NCBI GenBank assembly: GCA_965207065.1
Contig: OZ242260.1
Coordinates: forward strand, 2,944,001 to 3,008,000
DNA length: 64,000 bases
Reading direction: 5' to 3'
Source: a bacterium
Lineage (GTDB): Bacteria > UBA8248
Shown: positions 30,349 to 39,843 of the stretch, piece after piece
Layout: every line of letters starts with the position of its first letter
Numbering within the stretch: the first letter of the stretch is position 1
The notes under the pieces: model-generated
What the model saw: the letters and a program-made list of their open reading frames with translations, nothing else
What the model was told of the DNA's origin: nothing
The model's database searches: none
Made by a program: the position numbers and the translations under genes

Positions 30349-30410
30349 ATTTTACTGTTAAAAAAATATAATACAAAATATATATAAATACTATATAATG
30401 AAATATATTC
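30349..30410. promoter_or_regulatory. Extremely AT-rich tract, probable promoter/operator region for the island ABC operon
   Basis: attttactgttaaaaaaatataatacaaaatatatataaatactatataatgaaatatattc contains two TATAAT hexamers in a GC-rich background. Confidence 0.5.
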
Positions 30411-30678
30411 GGCGGCGGAGGTCACTGGCGTTGACGGCAAGGTGTGGACTTTGCCGGATTGTTTGTTCGATGTCACCGAGGGTCTCCAGAAAAAGGGGGA
30501 CTTGGAGATTTATTGCCCATTGGTGGTGGTTGCGCCGGCGTATCACTTGCAGCGCAACCATGAACCTCGCCGCCATCGGAAGATGTGGAGGCTCTTCGAA
30601 GGCGAACACGTGACCAGGAACAATCAAGAGGATGTAGGGATTCAAAAACACGAGGGAATTCAATAAGGGGGACTTGTT

Positions 30679-31953
30679 ATGTCTATCACGAAACTCATCG
30701 CAATGGCCTTGGCAATATTGGTTTCAACATTCTTTGCGCTCGCGCATCCGGTGGTCGCGGCCGAGCGCACCGTCAAGATCGCAGCCTGGGGCGCGAAGTC
30801 GGGACCCTTGCGCTCGTTCGGCGTCAACTCCGAGGCCGTGCTCAAAGGGGCGGTGAAGTCCATCAACGACTCGGGCGGTGTGAAGCTGGGCGACGGTACC
30901 ATGGCCAAGATGGAATTCACCTACTACGATTCCGCCTGCAACGCCGATCAGGCCATCTCGGTCGCGCGCAAGGTCGAATCGCAAACCGGAGCGCTGATCG
31001 GCATCGGTCCGACGTGTTCCGGCGCCGCGGCGGCCATGTACGGCATCTTCCAGAAAAAGGTGGGCGACAAGTCCGACACCGGGCTTCAGTTCCCCATTCT
31101 CACCGACACCGCGATTCGCCCCGGCCTTGCCAAGAAGTCCCAGTGGACTTTCCGCAACGTGCCCAACGAGATCACCATGTATGACGCGTTGTTCAAATGG
31201 CTGCGCTCCAAGTATCCCAACGCCAAGACGATCTACGGCGGAACCGAGACGGACCAGGCCCACTCCAGGATCACCTTCGCCGCTGTCATAGTCCAAAAGG
31301 CCAAGAAATACGGCTTCGAGTGGGTCGGCGGCGGCATCGAAGGGGTGACCGGCAAGATCATAGCGGGCATGAAGAATGTGCTCAAAGTCTCGAAATCGTC
31401 CAACTGGCTGCTTGCCGATACGAACTTCTCGGTCCAGGCCCGCGCCTTCAAGAGATCGGGCGCCGACATGATGATCATCTCCTCGCACCCCTTCACCACC
31501 TGCGGCATGCTCAAGGAAATGAAACGCCAGCGCATCAAACCGAAGGTGCTCGTGGGGCTCACCAGCTCGTCGAGCGCGGAAACCCTCAAGGGTTGCTCCG
31601 CGGCTGCGGAAGGCATCTACATCCCGACCGGCTTCGCTCCGATCACGAAAGCCGCTGCGAAAGTCGCCGCCGCCGCCGAAGCCAACGGCGGGGCCGCCGA
31701 TCTACACAGCGCGGCCGCCTGGGAGAACGCGCACATCATCAAGCAGGTGGTCGAGGCGACCGGCGTCATGGCCAAACCCGAGACACTGAAGGCCGACAGA
31801 CGCAAGGTACGCGACGGCCTTGAGAAGCTGGTCAAGGTCGATGGGCTGATGGGCGAGATCGGTCGGGTCCAGGACGAGGGCGAATCCATCAAACCCTACG
31901 TCTTCGTGCAAGCCCAAAAGGGTGCGTGGAAGGTCGTCCACGATCCACGCTAA
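30679..31953 (+). CDS. Branched-chain amino acid (LivK/LivJ-type) ABC substrate-binding protein
   Basis: Signal peptide; VKI....SGPL..FG, INDSGG, DSAC and GPTCSG cysteine pair, FRNVPN. Confidence 0.88.
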   Translation: MSITKLIAMALAILVSTFFALAHPVVAAERTVKIAAWGAKSGPLRSFGVNSEAVLKGAVKSINDSGGVKLGDGTMAKMEFTYYDSACNADQAISVARKVESQTGALIGIGPTCSGAAAAMYGIFQKKVGDKSDTGLQFPILTDTAIRPGLAKKSQWTFRNVPNEITMYDALFKWLRSKYPNAKTIYGGTETDQAHSRITFAAVIVQKAKKYGFEWVGGGIEGVTGKIIAGMKNVLKVSKSSNWLLADTNFSVQARAFKRSGADMMIISSHPFTTCGMLKEMKRQRIKPKVLVGLTSSSSAETLKGCSAAAEGIYIPTGFAPITKAAAKVAAAAEANGGAADLHSAAAWENAHIIKQVVEATGVMAKPETLKADRRKVRDGLEKLVKVDGLMGEIGRVQDEGESIKPYVFVQAQKGAWKVVHDPR

Positions 31954-32175
31954 CGCAGTCTCCGACCAGAATCGTGACTGGTGGATTGTTGATGCGGCGG
32001 CATGGTGAACGGGAGTTCGAATAGATTTTGTTCACCATGTCGCCGGGCCGGGACTGGCGTCTTTCCAATGGAAGTGCGAGAAAACATGACTAGGCTGGTC
32101 CGATCACGTATCCGGTATTAGTCTCGCGCGACGCTGATTGTCCCTGGTCGCTGAGGGTACAAATGAGATCTGACC

Positions 32176-33072
32176 ATGAGTGATTTTTTGCTCGAATTCG
32201 TAGAGATCACCCAGACCATCGGCGACGGCCTGTTCTTCGGCACGACCTATGCGCTGATCGGTATCGGCTTTTCTTTGATTTTCGGCGCCATGCGGAAACT
32301 CAACATGACCTACGCCGCGGCGGCTCTGGCCGGGGCGTACGTCGGCCTGGCCGCGTTCACTTTCGTCAGCGCCCCGGCCCCGGTGGTGATCCTGATCTCT
32401 GCGCTCGCATCGGGGCTGATGGGCGGCGCCGTGTATATTACCTGCTTCAGGTTCATACCAATCCACAACCACCTGGCCGCCTTGATGGCTTCTATCGGGG
32501 CGCTGTTCTTCATCGACGAGATCGTCGTGCATACGACCGATGGTTCGCCGCTTACTTTTCCGGCTTTGCTCGACGACGTGATGCTCGAACTGGGCCCTTA
32601 CGGGATACGCGGCGATTTGCTGTTCGTGTTGGCGGTGAACATCGTCAGCACAATCGGACTGCTTTACGTGCTATACCGAACCCGGCTGGGCCTGGCGACG
32701 CGTGCGGTGTCTCAACAGGACGTGGCGGCTCAGCTCTGCGGCATCGACGTCCACCGGACAAATGCCATTACTTTCGTGCTTGCGGGCTTGCTCGGCGGTA
32801 TTGCCGGTTCGATGACGGCGTCCGCGGTCGGCGTGCTGTCGCCGCTGATCACCGTGCCGCTCACGGTCAAGGGCCTCATCATCGCGGTGATCGGAGGACT
32901 CGGCTCGATTCCCGGAGCCATTGCGGCCGGGCTGCTGGTCGGCGGGATGGAAAATGCGTTCCTGTATTTCCGGGGCGTCAACGAACGCGATATGTACGTG
33001 CTTCTGTTGTTGTTCATCTTCCTGGTATTCCGGCCCGACGGTCTCTTCGGATCGACGGTAGACCGGGACTAG
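32176..33072 (+). CDS. livH: Branched-chain ABC permease, set 1
   Basis: YALIGIGFSLIFG, RTRLGLATRAVSQ, IGGLGSIPGA, RPDGLFG. Confidence 0.88.
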   Translation: MSDFLLEFVEITQTIGDGLFFGTTYALIGIGFSLIFGAMRKLNMTYAAAALAGAYVGLAAFTFVSAPAPVVILISALASGLMGGAVYITCFRFIPIHNHLAALMASIGALFFIDEIVVHTTDGSPLTFPALLDDVMLELGPYGIRGDLLFVLAVNIVSTIGLLYVLYRTRLGLATRAVSQQDVAAQLCGIDVHRTNAITFVLAGLLGGIAGSMTASAVGVLSPLITVPLTVKGLIIAVIGGLGSIPGAIAAGLLVGGMENAFLYFRGVNERDMYVLLLLFIFLVFRPDGLFGSTVDRD

Positions 33073-33078
33073 CCGCCG

Positions 33079-33993
33079 ATGTCGTACTATCTCGGTCTCG
33101 CCCAACTCATCGGGATTCATACACTTCTCGGCCTGTCCGCGTATGTCCTGATGCTGACCGGACAGCTCTCATTGGGCCAGGCCGGTTTCTTTGCGATCGG
33201 AGCCTACTCCGCAGGCATTCTCACCGTCATCTTCGAGTTGCCCATTCTTCCCGCACTGCTCGCGGCCGCGCTCATCGCCGCCTTCTTCGCGTTCATCGTC
33301 GGCTTTCCCGCCCTGAGGGTAAAGGGTCTGATGCTGGTGGTCGCGACCATCGCGTTCGGCGAGTTCGTTCGTCTGTTCTTCTTCAACCTGAGCTGGCGCG
33401 TGCCGCGCGGCGACATCGAAGTCGGGCCGGACAGCACCAACGGCTTCCGCGAGATCCGGTACTTCGTGGCGAACGGTTGGTCGCCGTGGGAGATCACGAC
33501 CTTCGTCTGGACGTTCGTTATCCTGGTCATGATTGCGCTATGGTGGATGGACCGTTCGCGCGCCGGCGCGGTGTTGCGGGCGGTCGGCGAAGATGAACTC
33601 GCGACCCAAAGCGTCGGCGTCAACCTCACCGCGGTAAAGGTGACGGCCATGACCGCAGGCGGCTTCATCGCCGGAATTGGTGGAGCCCTCTACGCACACA
33701 CGGCGACCTACGTCGATCACCTCACTTTTACAGTGCTGCTTGCGACCTTCGCGGTCTCCTATCCTATCCTCGGTGGCCTCTCGAGCGTGTTCGGCACCCT
33801 GGTGGCGGTCATATTCATTCAGGGCGTACTCGTGGAAGGACTCAGATTTCTGGGGGATTGGCGCAACATCGTGTTCGGGTTGCTGATAATCTTAGCGATG
33901 AACCTGAAACCCGATGGTCTGTTCGACGCCCGCACGACCCGTATCCTGAGGCGCGCTATCGGTCTCGGCGGGCGGGAGAAGTCCGATGCTTGA
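33079..33993 (+). CDS. livM: Branched-chain ABC permease, set 1
   Basis: TGQLSLGQAGFFAIGAY, TIAFGE, RAVGEDE, GGL. Confidence 0.88.
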   Translation: MSYYLGLAQLIGIHTLLGLSAYVLMLTGQLSLGQAGFFAIGAYSAGILTVIFELPILPALLAAALIAAFFAFIVGFPALRVKGLMLVVATIAFGEFVRLFFFNLSWRVPRGDIEVGPDSTNGFREIRYFVANGWSPWEITTFVWTFVILVMIALWWMDRSRAGAVLRAVGEDELATQSVGVNLTAVKVTAMTAGGFIAGIGGALYAHTATYVDHLTFTVLLATFAVSYPILGGLSSVFGTLVAVIFIQGVLVEGLRFLGDWRNIVFGLLIILAMNLKPDGLFDARTTRILRRAIGLGGREKSDA

Positions 33994-34762
33994 GCTACGC
34001 GGACTCTCCAAGCACTTCGGTGGTGTCAAAGCCGTCGAAGAGCTGGACATCACCGTGAACGAGGGCGAAATCTTCGGGCTGATCGGCCCCAACGGCTCGG
34101 GCAAAAGCACGACCATCAACCTGATCTGCGGCGTGTATCAGGAAACGGCCGGTACGGTACGGTTCCACGAGGAACTGATGAACGGCAAGCCGCCGCACCA
34201 ACGCCTGCGAGCGGGAATCGCCCGAACGTTCCAGAATATCCGCCTGTTTCCGAACCTCACCGTATGGCAAAACTTGTGGGTGGCGCAGAACTCGCCCCAG
34301 GATATCGCCACGCAAGGCTTTCTGTCACGCTGGTTCGGCGCTACCCGCCGAACCAGGAAGGAGATCGCCACCCTGCTCGAACTCGCCGATTTGGAGCACA
34401 AAAGCGATGAACTCGCATCCAACCTCGCATTCGGGGAGCAACGGCGGCTGGAGTTCGCTCGCGCCGCCGCCGCCCGTCCAAAGTTGTTGCTGCTGGACGA
34501 GCCCGCCGCCGGCATGAACCGCCAGGAGATCCAGGATCTGAGCCGGCGCATTCGTCGCATGCGCGATTCCGGCGTAACGATCCTGCTCGTCGAGCACGTG
34601 ATGGAACTCGTCATGGGCGTGGCGGAGCAAATCGCCGTTCTCAATTTCGGGCAGAAAATCGCATCCGGGACTCCGGGCGACGTTCAGCGCAACAAGGCCG
34701 TACAGGAAGCTTACCTGGGGACGTCCGACTCGGATGCCCCCTCTCTCGATACGGGCGCTTGA
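33986..34762 (+). CDS. livG: Branched-chain ABC ATPase, set 1
   Basis: GPNGSGKST, ARTFQNIRLF, LLDEPAAG, VEH, AYLG. Confidence 0.9.
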   Translation: MLELRGLSKHFGGVKAVEELDITVNEGEIFGLIGPNGSGKSTTINLICGVYQETAGTVRFHEELMNGKPPHQRLRAGIARTFQNIRLFPNLTVWQNLWVAQNSPQDIATQGFLSRWFGATRRTRKEIATLLELADLEHKSDELASNLAFGEQRRLEFARAAAARPKLLLLDEPAAGMNRQEIQDLSRRIRRMRDSGVTILLVEHVMELVMGVAEQIAVLNFGQKIASGTPGDVQRNKAVQEAYLGTSDSDAPSLDTGA

Positions 34763-34766
34763 GAAC

Positions 34767-35483
34767 ATGCTGAGCGTTCGGGATCTCGTCACCTCCTACG
34801 GAAAAGTCCAGGCGCTGCGAGGCATCAGCCTGGATGCGGCCGAGGGAGAAATCACGTGCCTGCTCGGCCCCAACGGCGCAGGCAAAACGACGACCATGTT
34901 CACCATTGCAGGCATCCTTTCCCCCGCATCCGGCTCCGTCGTTTTGGGAGGCGATGACATAACGCGACTGCCGGCCAGCAAGGTGGTCTCAAGAGGCCTC
35001 GCTTTGGTGCCCGAGAACCGTCTTGTCTTTCCGTACATGAACGTCGAGGAGAACCTCCATGCCGGCGCCTATGCCCGGCGGGCTTCCGCGGAGGAGGTCG
35101 CGGCAGATGTCGCGTACATGTACCGGCGGTTTCCCCGCCTGGAAGAACGCAAGGGTCAGCTTGCCGGCACCCTGTCGGGAGGCGAGCAGCAGATGCTGGC
35201 CATCGCCAGGGGCCTGATGAATCGCCCCAAGATTCTGCTTATGGACGAGCCATCCATTGGGCTGGCGCCGCTGATCGTCAGGGAGATATTCAACATTATC
35301 CGCGAGTTGAATGCGGAAGGCGTAACGATTTTTCTGGTCGAGCAAAACGCCCACATGGCGCTGACTGTGGCCCACAAGTTCTACCTCATCGAAAACGGAG
35401 AAATCACATTTTCAGGATCGCCCGGTGAACTCGAAGAGGACGAGGTGATTCACCGGGCCTATCTCGGGTCGCAGAAAGAATAA
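34767..35483 (+). CDS. livF: Branched-chain ABC ATPase, set 1
   Basis: GPNGAGKT, LSGGEQQMLAI, MDEPSIGLAP, VEQNA. Confidence 0.9.
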   Translation: MLSVRDLVTSYGKVQALRGISLDAAEGEITCLLGPNGAGKTTTMFTIAGILSPASGSVVLGGDDITRLPASKVVSRGLALVPENRLVFPYMNVEENLHAGAYARRASAEEVAADVAYMYRRFPRLEERKGQLAGTLSGGEQQMLAIARGLMNRPKILLMDEPSIGLAPLIVREIFNIIRELNAEGVTIFLVEQNAHMALTVAHKFYLIENGEITFSGSPGELEEDEVIHRAYLGSQKE

Positions 35484-35510
35484 AAATACCGGATTCGTGG
35501 GAGCCGCGTC

Positions 35511-36410
35511 ATGATCGATTTTGTCCAGAACACGGTCGACGGCATGATGTTCGGTTCGTCCTACGCGCTTCTGGCGATTGGCTTCACGATCATCTTCGGC
35601 GTAATGCGCCGGATCAACCTCTCCTTCGGCGCCACCATCATGCTCGGCGCCTACATCGGCACGTGGCTGCATGTGCATCATCAGGTCAGTGTGTGGATCG
35701 TCGCCTTGACGACGCTGGCGAGCACCGTCCTCGTCGGCATCTATGTCGAGCGCTTGTGCTTTCACGCCATCCGCCGCAGCGCCGTACTCGCGTCGATGGT
35801 GTCGAGTTTCGTGATCTGGATGCAGTTGGAGGAAGCCGCCATTCATCTGCTGCCCGAGCGCACCTATGCCTTCCCCGCTTTGTTCGCAGCAGTTTCCTTC
35901 GAACTCGGACCCTTTCTGTTCCGCGCGGAACAGACCTCGATGCTGGTGCTGGCGATGATCATGGTAGGCGCTTTACACGTCCTGTTGTATCGCACCCGTT
36001 TCGGCCTGGCGTTGCGAGCGGTTTCGGAAAACCCGCTGGCCGCCGCCTATATGGGCATCAATGCGGCATGGGTCACGCTGTGCACATTCGCTCTGGTGTC
36101 CCTGATGGGGGGGGTGGCAGGCTACGCCATATTATCCACGGATGCGCAGATAACCCCCTTCTTCGGCTTGTGGGCCACTTTCAAAGGTCTCATTGCGATG
36201 ATGCTGGGCGGAATGGGTTCGCTGCCGGGCGCGATTCTGGGCGGCTTGCTGCTGGGCGTCGTCGAAGCCCACGCGCTGTGGTATCTAGGCAACGAATACA
36301 AAGATCTCAGCGCATATCTGCTGCTGTTCGGGATGCTGGTGCTGCGGCCCGGCGGCCTCATGGGTCAACGTATTCTGAGCCGCGAGGCTCTCGCCTTTCG
36401 GCGGGTTTGA
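35511..36410 (+). CDS. livH: Branched-chain ABC permease, set 2
   Basis: YALLAIGFTIIFG, RTRFGLALRAVSEN, GGMGSLPGA, RPGGLMG. Confidence 0.88.
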   Translation: MIDFVQNTVDGMMFGSSYALLAIGFTIIFGVMRRINLSFGATIMLGAYIGTWLHVHHQVSVWIVALTTLASTVLVGIYVERLCFHAIRRSAVLASMVSSFVIWMQLEEAAIHLLPERTYAFPALFAAVSFELGPFLFRAEQTSMLVLAMIMVGALHVLLYRTRFGLALRAVSENPLAAAYMGINAAWVTLCTFALVSLMGGVAGYAILSTDAQITPFFGLWATFKGLIAMMLGGMGSLPGAILGGLLLGVVEAHALWYLGNEYKDLSAYLLLFGMLVLRPGGLMGQRILSREALAFRRV

Positions 36411-36413
36411 GCG

Positions 36414-37322
36414 ATGGACGATTACGTCGTCACGGTGCTGTCGAACATCGGCATGATCTCGTTCATCGCGCTGTCGGCCTATCTGCTCTTGCTGACCGGC
36501 GAGATCTCCTTCGGCCAGCAGGCCTACTTCGGGCTGAGCGCGTACGCGGCCGGCGCTGCGACCGCCATGTTCCAGATGCCGATCTGGGCGGGCATTCTCG
36601 TCGGCGCGTGCGCGGCCGGACTCGTGGCGATGGTCGTGGGGGCTCTGACGCTGCAGCTCAGCGGTCTCTACTTTTCGATCGCGACCCTGGCTTTTGCGGA
36701 GATGGCGCGCCTGATCCTGCTGATCGTCGAAATTCAGGTCGATGTCGATGGAGAGATGGTGGGTCCGGAGGGCGCAAACGGATTCCACGGCATCCGCTGG
36801 ATGTTCGAGCGCGACATCAGCCTGACCGAGTTCATGCTCCTCATCTACGGTTTGCTGGCGCTGACGTTGATCTGCTTGCTGCTGGTCGAGCGCTCCCGCC
36901 TGGGTTCCATCCTCAGAATGCTCGGTTCGGATGATCTGCTGGCCGAGATGCAGGGCCTGAACACCGTGCGCTATCGTATTCTGGCGGTGGGCATGGCAGG
37001 AGTGATCGCGGGGGTCGGCGGGGCTCTGTACGCCCACTTCACCACCTATGTGGAGCCGCAGTTCTTCAACGTCATGCTGGGCGTGCATGCCCTCGCCTAC
37101 GGCCTGATCGGAGGCCTTGGCACGGCGTTCGGACCGCTCATCGGTGTCGCCATCGATATCGGTTTCCTGGAAGCGATTCGCTTCATCCAGGGCTACCGGA
37201 TGATCGTGTTCGGCGGCCTGGTGGCGATACTGTTGATTTTCATGCCGCGCGGCATTCTCGACGAGGAGCGGGTGCATCGATTGAAGGCCCTGTTCTCGAG
37301 GCGGAATCATGCTCGCGCTTAG
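36414..37322 (+). CDS. livM: Branched-chain ABC permease, set 2
   Basis: TGEISFGQQAYFG, TLAFAE, GGLGT, PRG. Confidence 0.88.
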   Translation: MDDYVVTVLSNIGMISFIALSAYLLLLTGEISFGQQAYFGLSAYAAGAATAMFQMPIWAGILVGACAAGLVAMVVGALTLQLSGLYFSIATLAFAEMARLILLIVEIQVDVDGEMVGPEGANGFHGIRWMFERDISLTEFMLLIYGLLALTLICLLLVERSRLGSILRMLGSDDLLAEMQGLNTVRYRILAVGMAGVIAGVGGALYAHFTTYVEPQFFNVMLGVHALAYGLIGGLGTAFGPLIGVAIDIGFLEAIRFIQGYRMIVFGGLVAILLIFMPRGILDEERVHRLKALFSRRNHARA

Positions 37323-38067
37323 GAAGGTCGAAAAACGTTTCGGCGCTCTGGCCGCGCTCGACAACATCGACCTCGAGGTCGCGGCCGGAGAGGTTCTGGG
37401 CGTCATCGGCCCCAATGGATCGGGCAAGACGACGCTTCTGAACGCCGTGACCGGCGTGTACCCGCCGAGCGGCGGGCGCATTTCCTTTCAGGGCGCGGAC
37501 ATCACCGGTTGGAAAGGGCACCGGATTGCGCGCCTGGGAATCGCGCGCACTTTTCAGAACATCCGCTTGTTTCCGACCATGACCGTCTTCGAAAACGTGT
37601 GGGCCTCGCAGCACAGCCGGGTTTCCGGTGGACTCCTCGCCCTGTTGCGAAGCCGCCCTGCGCGCAGTTGCGGCGATACCAGAAGGGTCGAGGAAATGCT
37701 GGAATTGGTTGGACTTCTAGAAGATCGGGAAGTGCTGGCGAAGCACCTCCCCCTGCCGGCGCGTCGTCGCCTGGAGGTCGCCCGTGCGCTGACGACCGAT
37801 CCGCCGCTGGTGTTCCTCGATGAACCGGCGGGCGGCATGACTCCGGCCGAGACCGCAGACATGGCCCGACTCATCCGCGAAGTCGTCGCTCCGAACCGCA
37901 CCTGCGTGGTGATCGAGCATAAGATGGCGCTGATCGCGGGCGTTTGCACCCGTCTCTGCGTGCTCGATTTCGGCCGCAAGATAGCGGAAGGACTCCCGGG
38001 CGAGGTGCTCGCCGACGCGAACGTAAGGCAAGCCTATCTGGGCAGCGACGGTGCGCTCGATGCTTGA
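37309..38067 (+). CDS. livG: Branched-chain ABC ATPase, set 2
   Basis: GPNGSGKT, ARTFQNIRLF, FLDEPAGG, IEH, AYLG. Confidence 0.9.
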   Translation: MLALRKVEKRFGALAALDNIDLEVAAGEVLGVIGPNGSGKTTLLNAVTGVYPPSGGRISFQGADITGWKGHRIARLGIARTFQNIRLFPTMTVFENVWASQHSRVSGGLLALLRSRPARSCGDTRRVEEMLELVGLLEDREVLAKHLPLPARRRLEVARALTTDPPLVFLDEPAGGMTPAETADMARLIREVVAPNRTCVVIEHKMALIAGVCTRLCVLDFGRKIAEGLPGEVLADANVRQAYLGSDGALDA

Positions 38068-38794
38068 ATTGCGCCGGTTGAGCGTTTCTTACGGCGGCAT
38101 CCTCGCGGTCGATGAAGCGTCGTTGGAAGTCCGGCCCGGAGAGATCGTTTCCATCATCGGCGCAAACGGCGCCGGCAAGACTTCGATCCTCAATGCGATC
38201 TCGGGCATCGTGTCGCCGGAGAAGGGCGAAATTCTCTTCGAGGGTGAGTCGATTGGCGGCCTTCCGGCGCACGCCGTCGTCGCTCGCGGCATCGTACAGG
38301 TTCCCGAGGGGCGGATGATCTTCGGAACCCTGAGCGTGGAGGAGAATCTCCAGGTCGCCGCCCATCAAAGAGGCCGGTTCATATTGCGGCGCCGCAGCCG
38401 CCCGAGCCTGCGGCGCTTGTTCCCCGCCCTTGCGGACAAACTGGATAATCCGGCCGCCGGCCTGAGCGGCGGCGAAGCGCAGATGCTGGCGCTTGCCCGC
38501 GGGCTCGAGTCAAGGCCCCGGATGCTGCTGCTGGACGAACCCTCGCTCGGCTTGTCGCCGAAGTTGGCGGAGGAGGTATTCGGGCTGATCTGCAGGCTGC
38601 GCGAGCAGGGGATCACCATCCTCCTCGTTGAACAGAACGTCAGGCGGACTCTGGCGCTCGCCGACCGGGCCTACGTTCTCGAAAGCGGACGGATTACCCT
38701 CCACGGGTCTACGGTGGAACTGATGTCGGACGAGCGGCTCGTTTCGAATTACCTGGGCATCTCCGCTCCTGAACCATCCAACCCGGACCGATAG
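38060..38794 (+). CDS. livF: Branched-chain ABC ATPase, set 2
   Basis: GANGAGKT, VPEGR, LSGGEAQMLAL, LDEPSLGLSP, VEQN. Confidence 0.9.
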   Translation: MLELRRLSVSYGGILAVDEASLEVRPGEIVSIIGANGAGKTSILNAISGIVSPEKGEILFEGESIGGLPAHAVVARGIVQVPEGRMIFGTLSVEENLQVAAHQRGRFILRRRSRPSLRRLFPALADKLDNPAAGLSGGEAQMLALARGLESRPRMLLLDEPSLGLSPKLAEEVFGLICRLREQGITILLVEQNVRRTLALADRAYVLESGRITLHGSTVELMSDERLVSNYLGISAPEPSNPDR

Positions 38795-38805
38795 GAGGCG
38801 CAGCG

Positions 38806-39279
38806 ATGTTGAAGACTCGTTTGTTCATTGTTTTCGTTGTCGGTGGACTGGGACTGTGGCCGATGCAGACTGCGGTGGGCGTGCGAATAGCGGCCGAGGT
38901 GGAATGCAAACCGGCGGAGCAGAAATTGGTCTACGACTGCATGATCACCCTCAAGGGCAAGAAGAGCGGCATGCCCGTAGCCGGCGCCGAGTTCACGGTC
39001 GGCGCCGATATGCCGTCCATGCCCGGCGCCCACAACGTGCGTCCGACGCCCGCCGAACCGCATGGAACCCCAGGAACCTATCGGGCGCGCATCCATCTCG
39101 AAATGACGGGAGAGTGGGCGCTCAGGCTTGATTTCACCAAGCCGGCTCGGGACCGTCTGATCAAGAAACTCCATTTCGGTGGAATGAAAGGGCGCGACGG
39201 GAGCAAATCCGGTATGTCCCATCACGGCAAAGGCAAGGAAATGAAGCACGGAGGTCACGGAATGAAACCGAATAAGTGA
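38806..39279 (+). CDS. Exported YtkA/FixH-like protein with Met/His-rich tail
   Basis: Signal-like N-terminus; PVAGAEF..ADMPSMPGAH...PGTY.....EMTGEW; tail GMSHHGKGKEMKHGGHGM; RBS aggagg 11 bp after the livF stop. Confidence 0.75.
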   Translation: MLKTRLFIVFVVGGLGLWPMQTAVGVRIAAEVECKPAEQKLVYDCMITLKGKKSGMPVAGAEFTVGADMPSMPGAHNVRPTPAEPHGTPGTYRARIHLEMTGEWALRLDFTKPARDRLIKKLHFGGMKGRDGSKSGMSHHGKGKEMKHGGHGMKPNK

Positions 39280-39544
39280 CCGGAAAAATCGGCGCGAACG
39301 GATCTGGCGGCTCGCCTGCGATTTAGTCAGGCTTCCAGCTTGTTGACCATCAATTCGTGGCGCACTCGACGGTAATATGATGCTGATGCGACGCTTCGGT
39401 GGGTGTGAAGCAGTGAAGTTGTCAGAATTTACAGAGGCTCAAGAACAACCTGAATATCATTCCTGGAGATATTGCCCGCCGCCTGGAAATTTCCTTTTCT
39501 TCCTGACAACCCTGGCTCATCTCGATGATTGCCTCGGGCATCCT

Positions 39545-39813
39545 GCGAGCGGCCGCCGGTTGAGCCGCCCACGGCCAGGGACTACACTGAGGCCGGTCTG
39601 CCCTGGTTCGATTACTACGACGCAGACGCGGAGGCCGTTTCGGGGAGCAATGTTCTAAAGTCCCTGAAGAGTGTAGGGCAGACCGGTAAGGCGAAAGGGG
39701 AGACGCCGCTGCCGGAGAACGAATCGATCGGCGCGTGCCGCGTCGTCAGTCTGCGGGATGTCAGAGGGCGCAAGGTACGGGAGTATCCCACCGGAGAAGT
39801 CGTTGATTCGTGA
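39545..39813 (+). pseudogene. C-terminal remnant of a conserved hypothetical protein
   Basis: PPVEPPTARDYTEAGLPWFDYYD...LKSV...GETPLPENES resembles the C-terminus of a longer hypothetical family (recalled, not searched); no credible start or RBS. Confidence 0.5.
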
Positions 39814-39843
39814 AGCGAACGAATAGAATTCGATTCATGCCGC

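Noticed and set aside
29981-30666. Small ORFs between the tRNA and the SBP gene
   Set aside because: No recognisable motifs, weak or absent RBS, and mutually overlapping; treated as non-coding.
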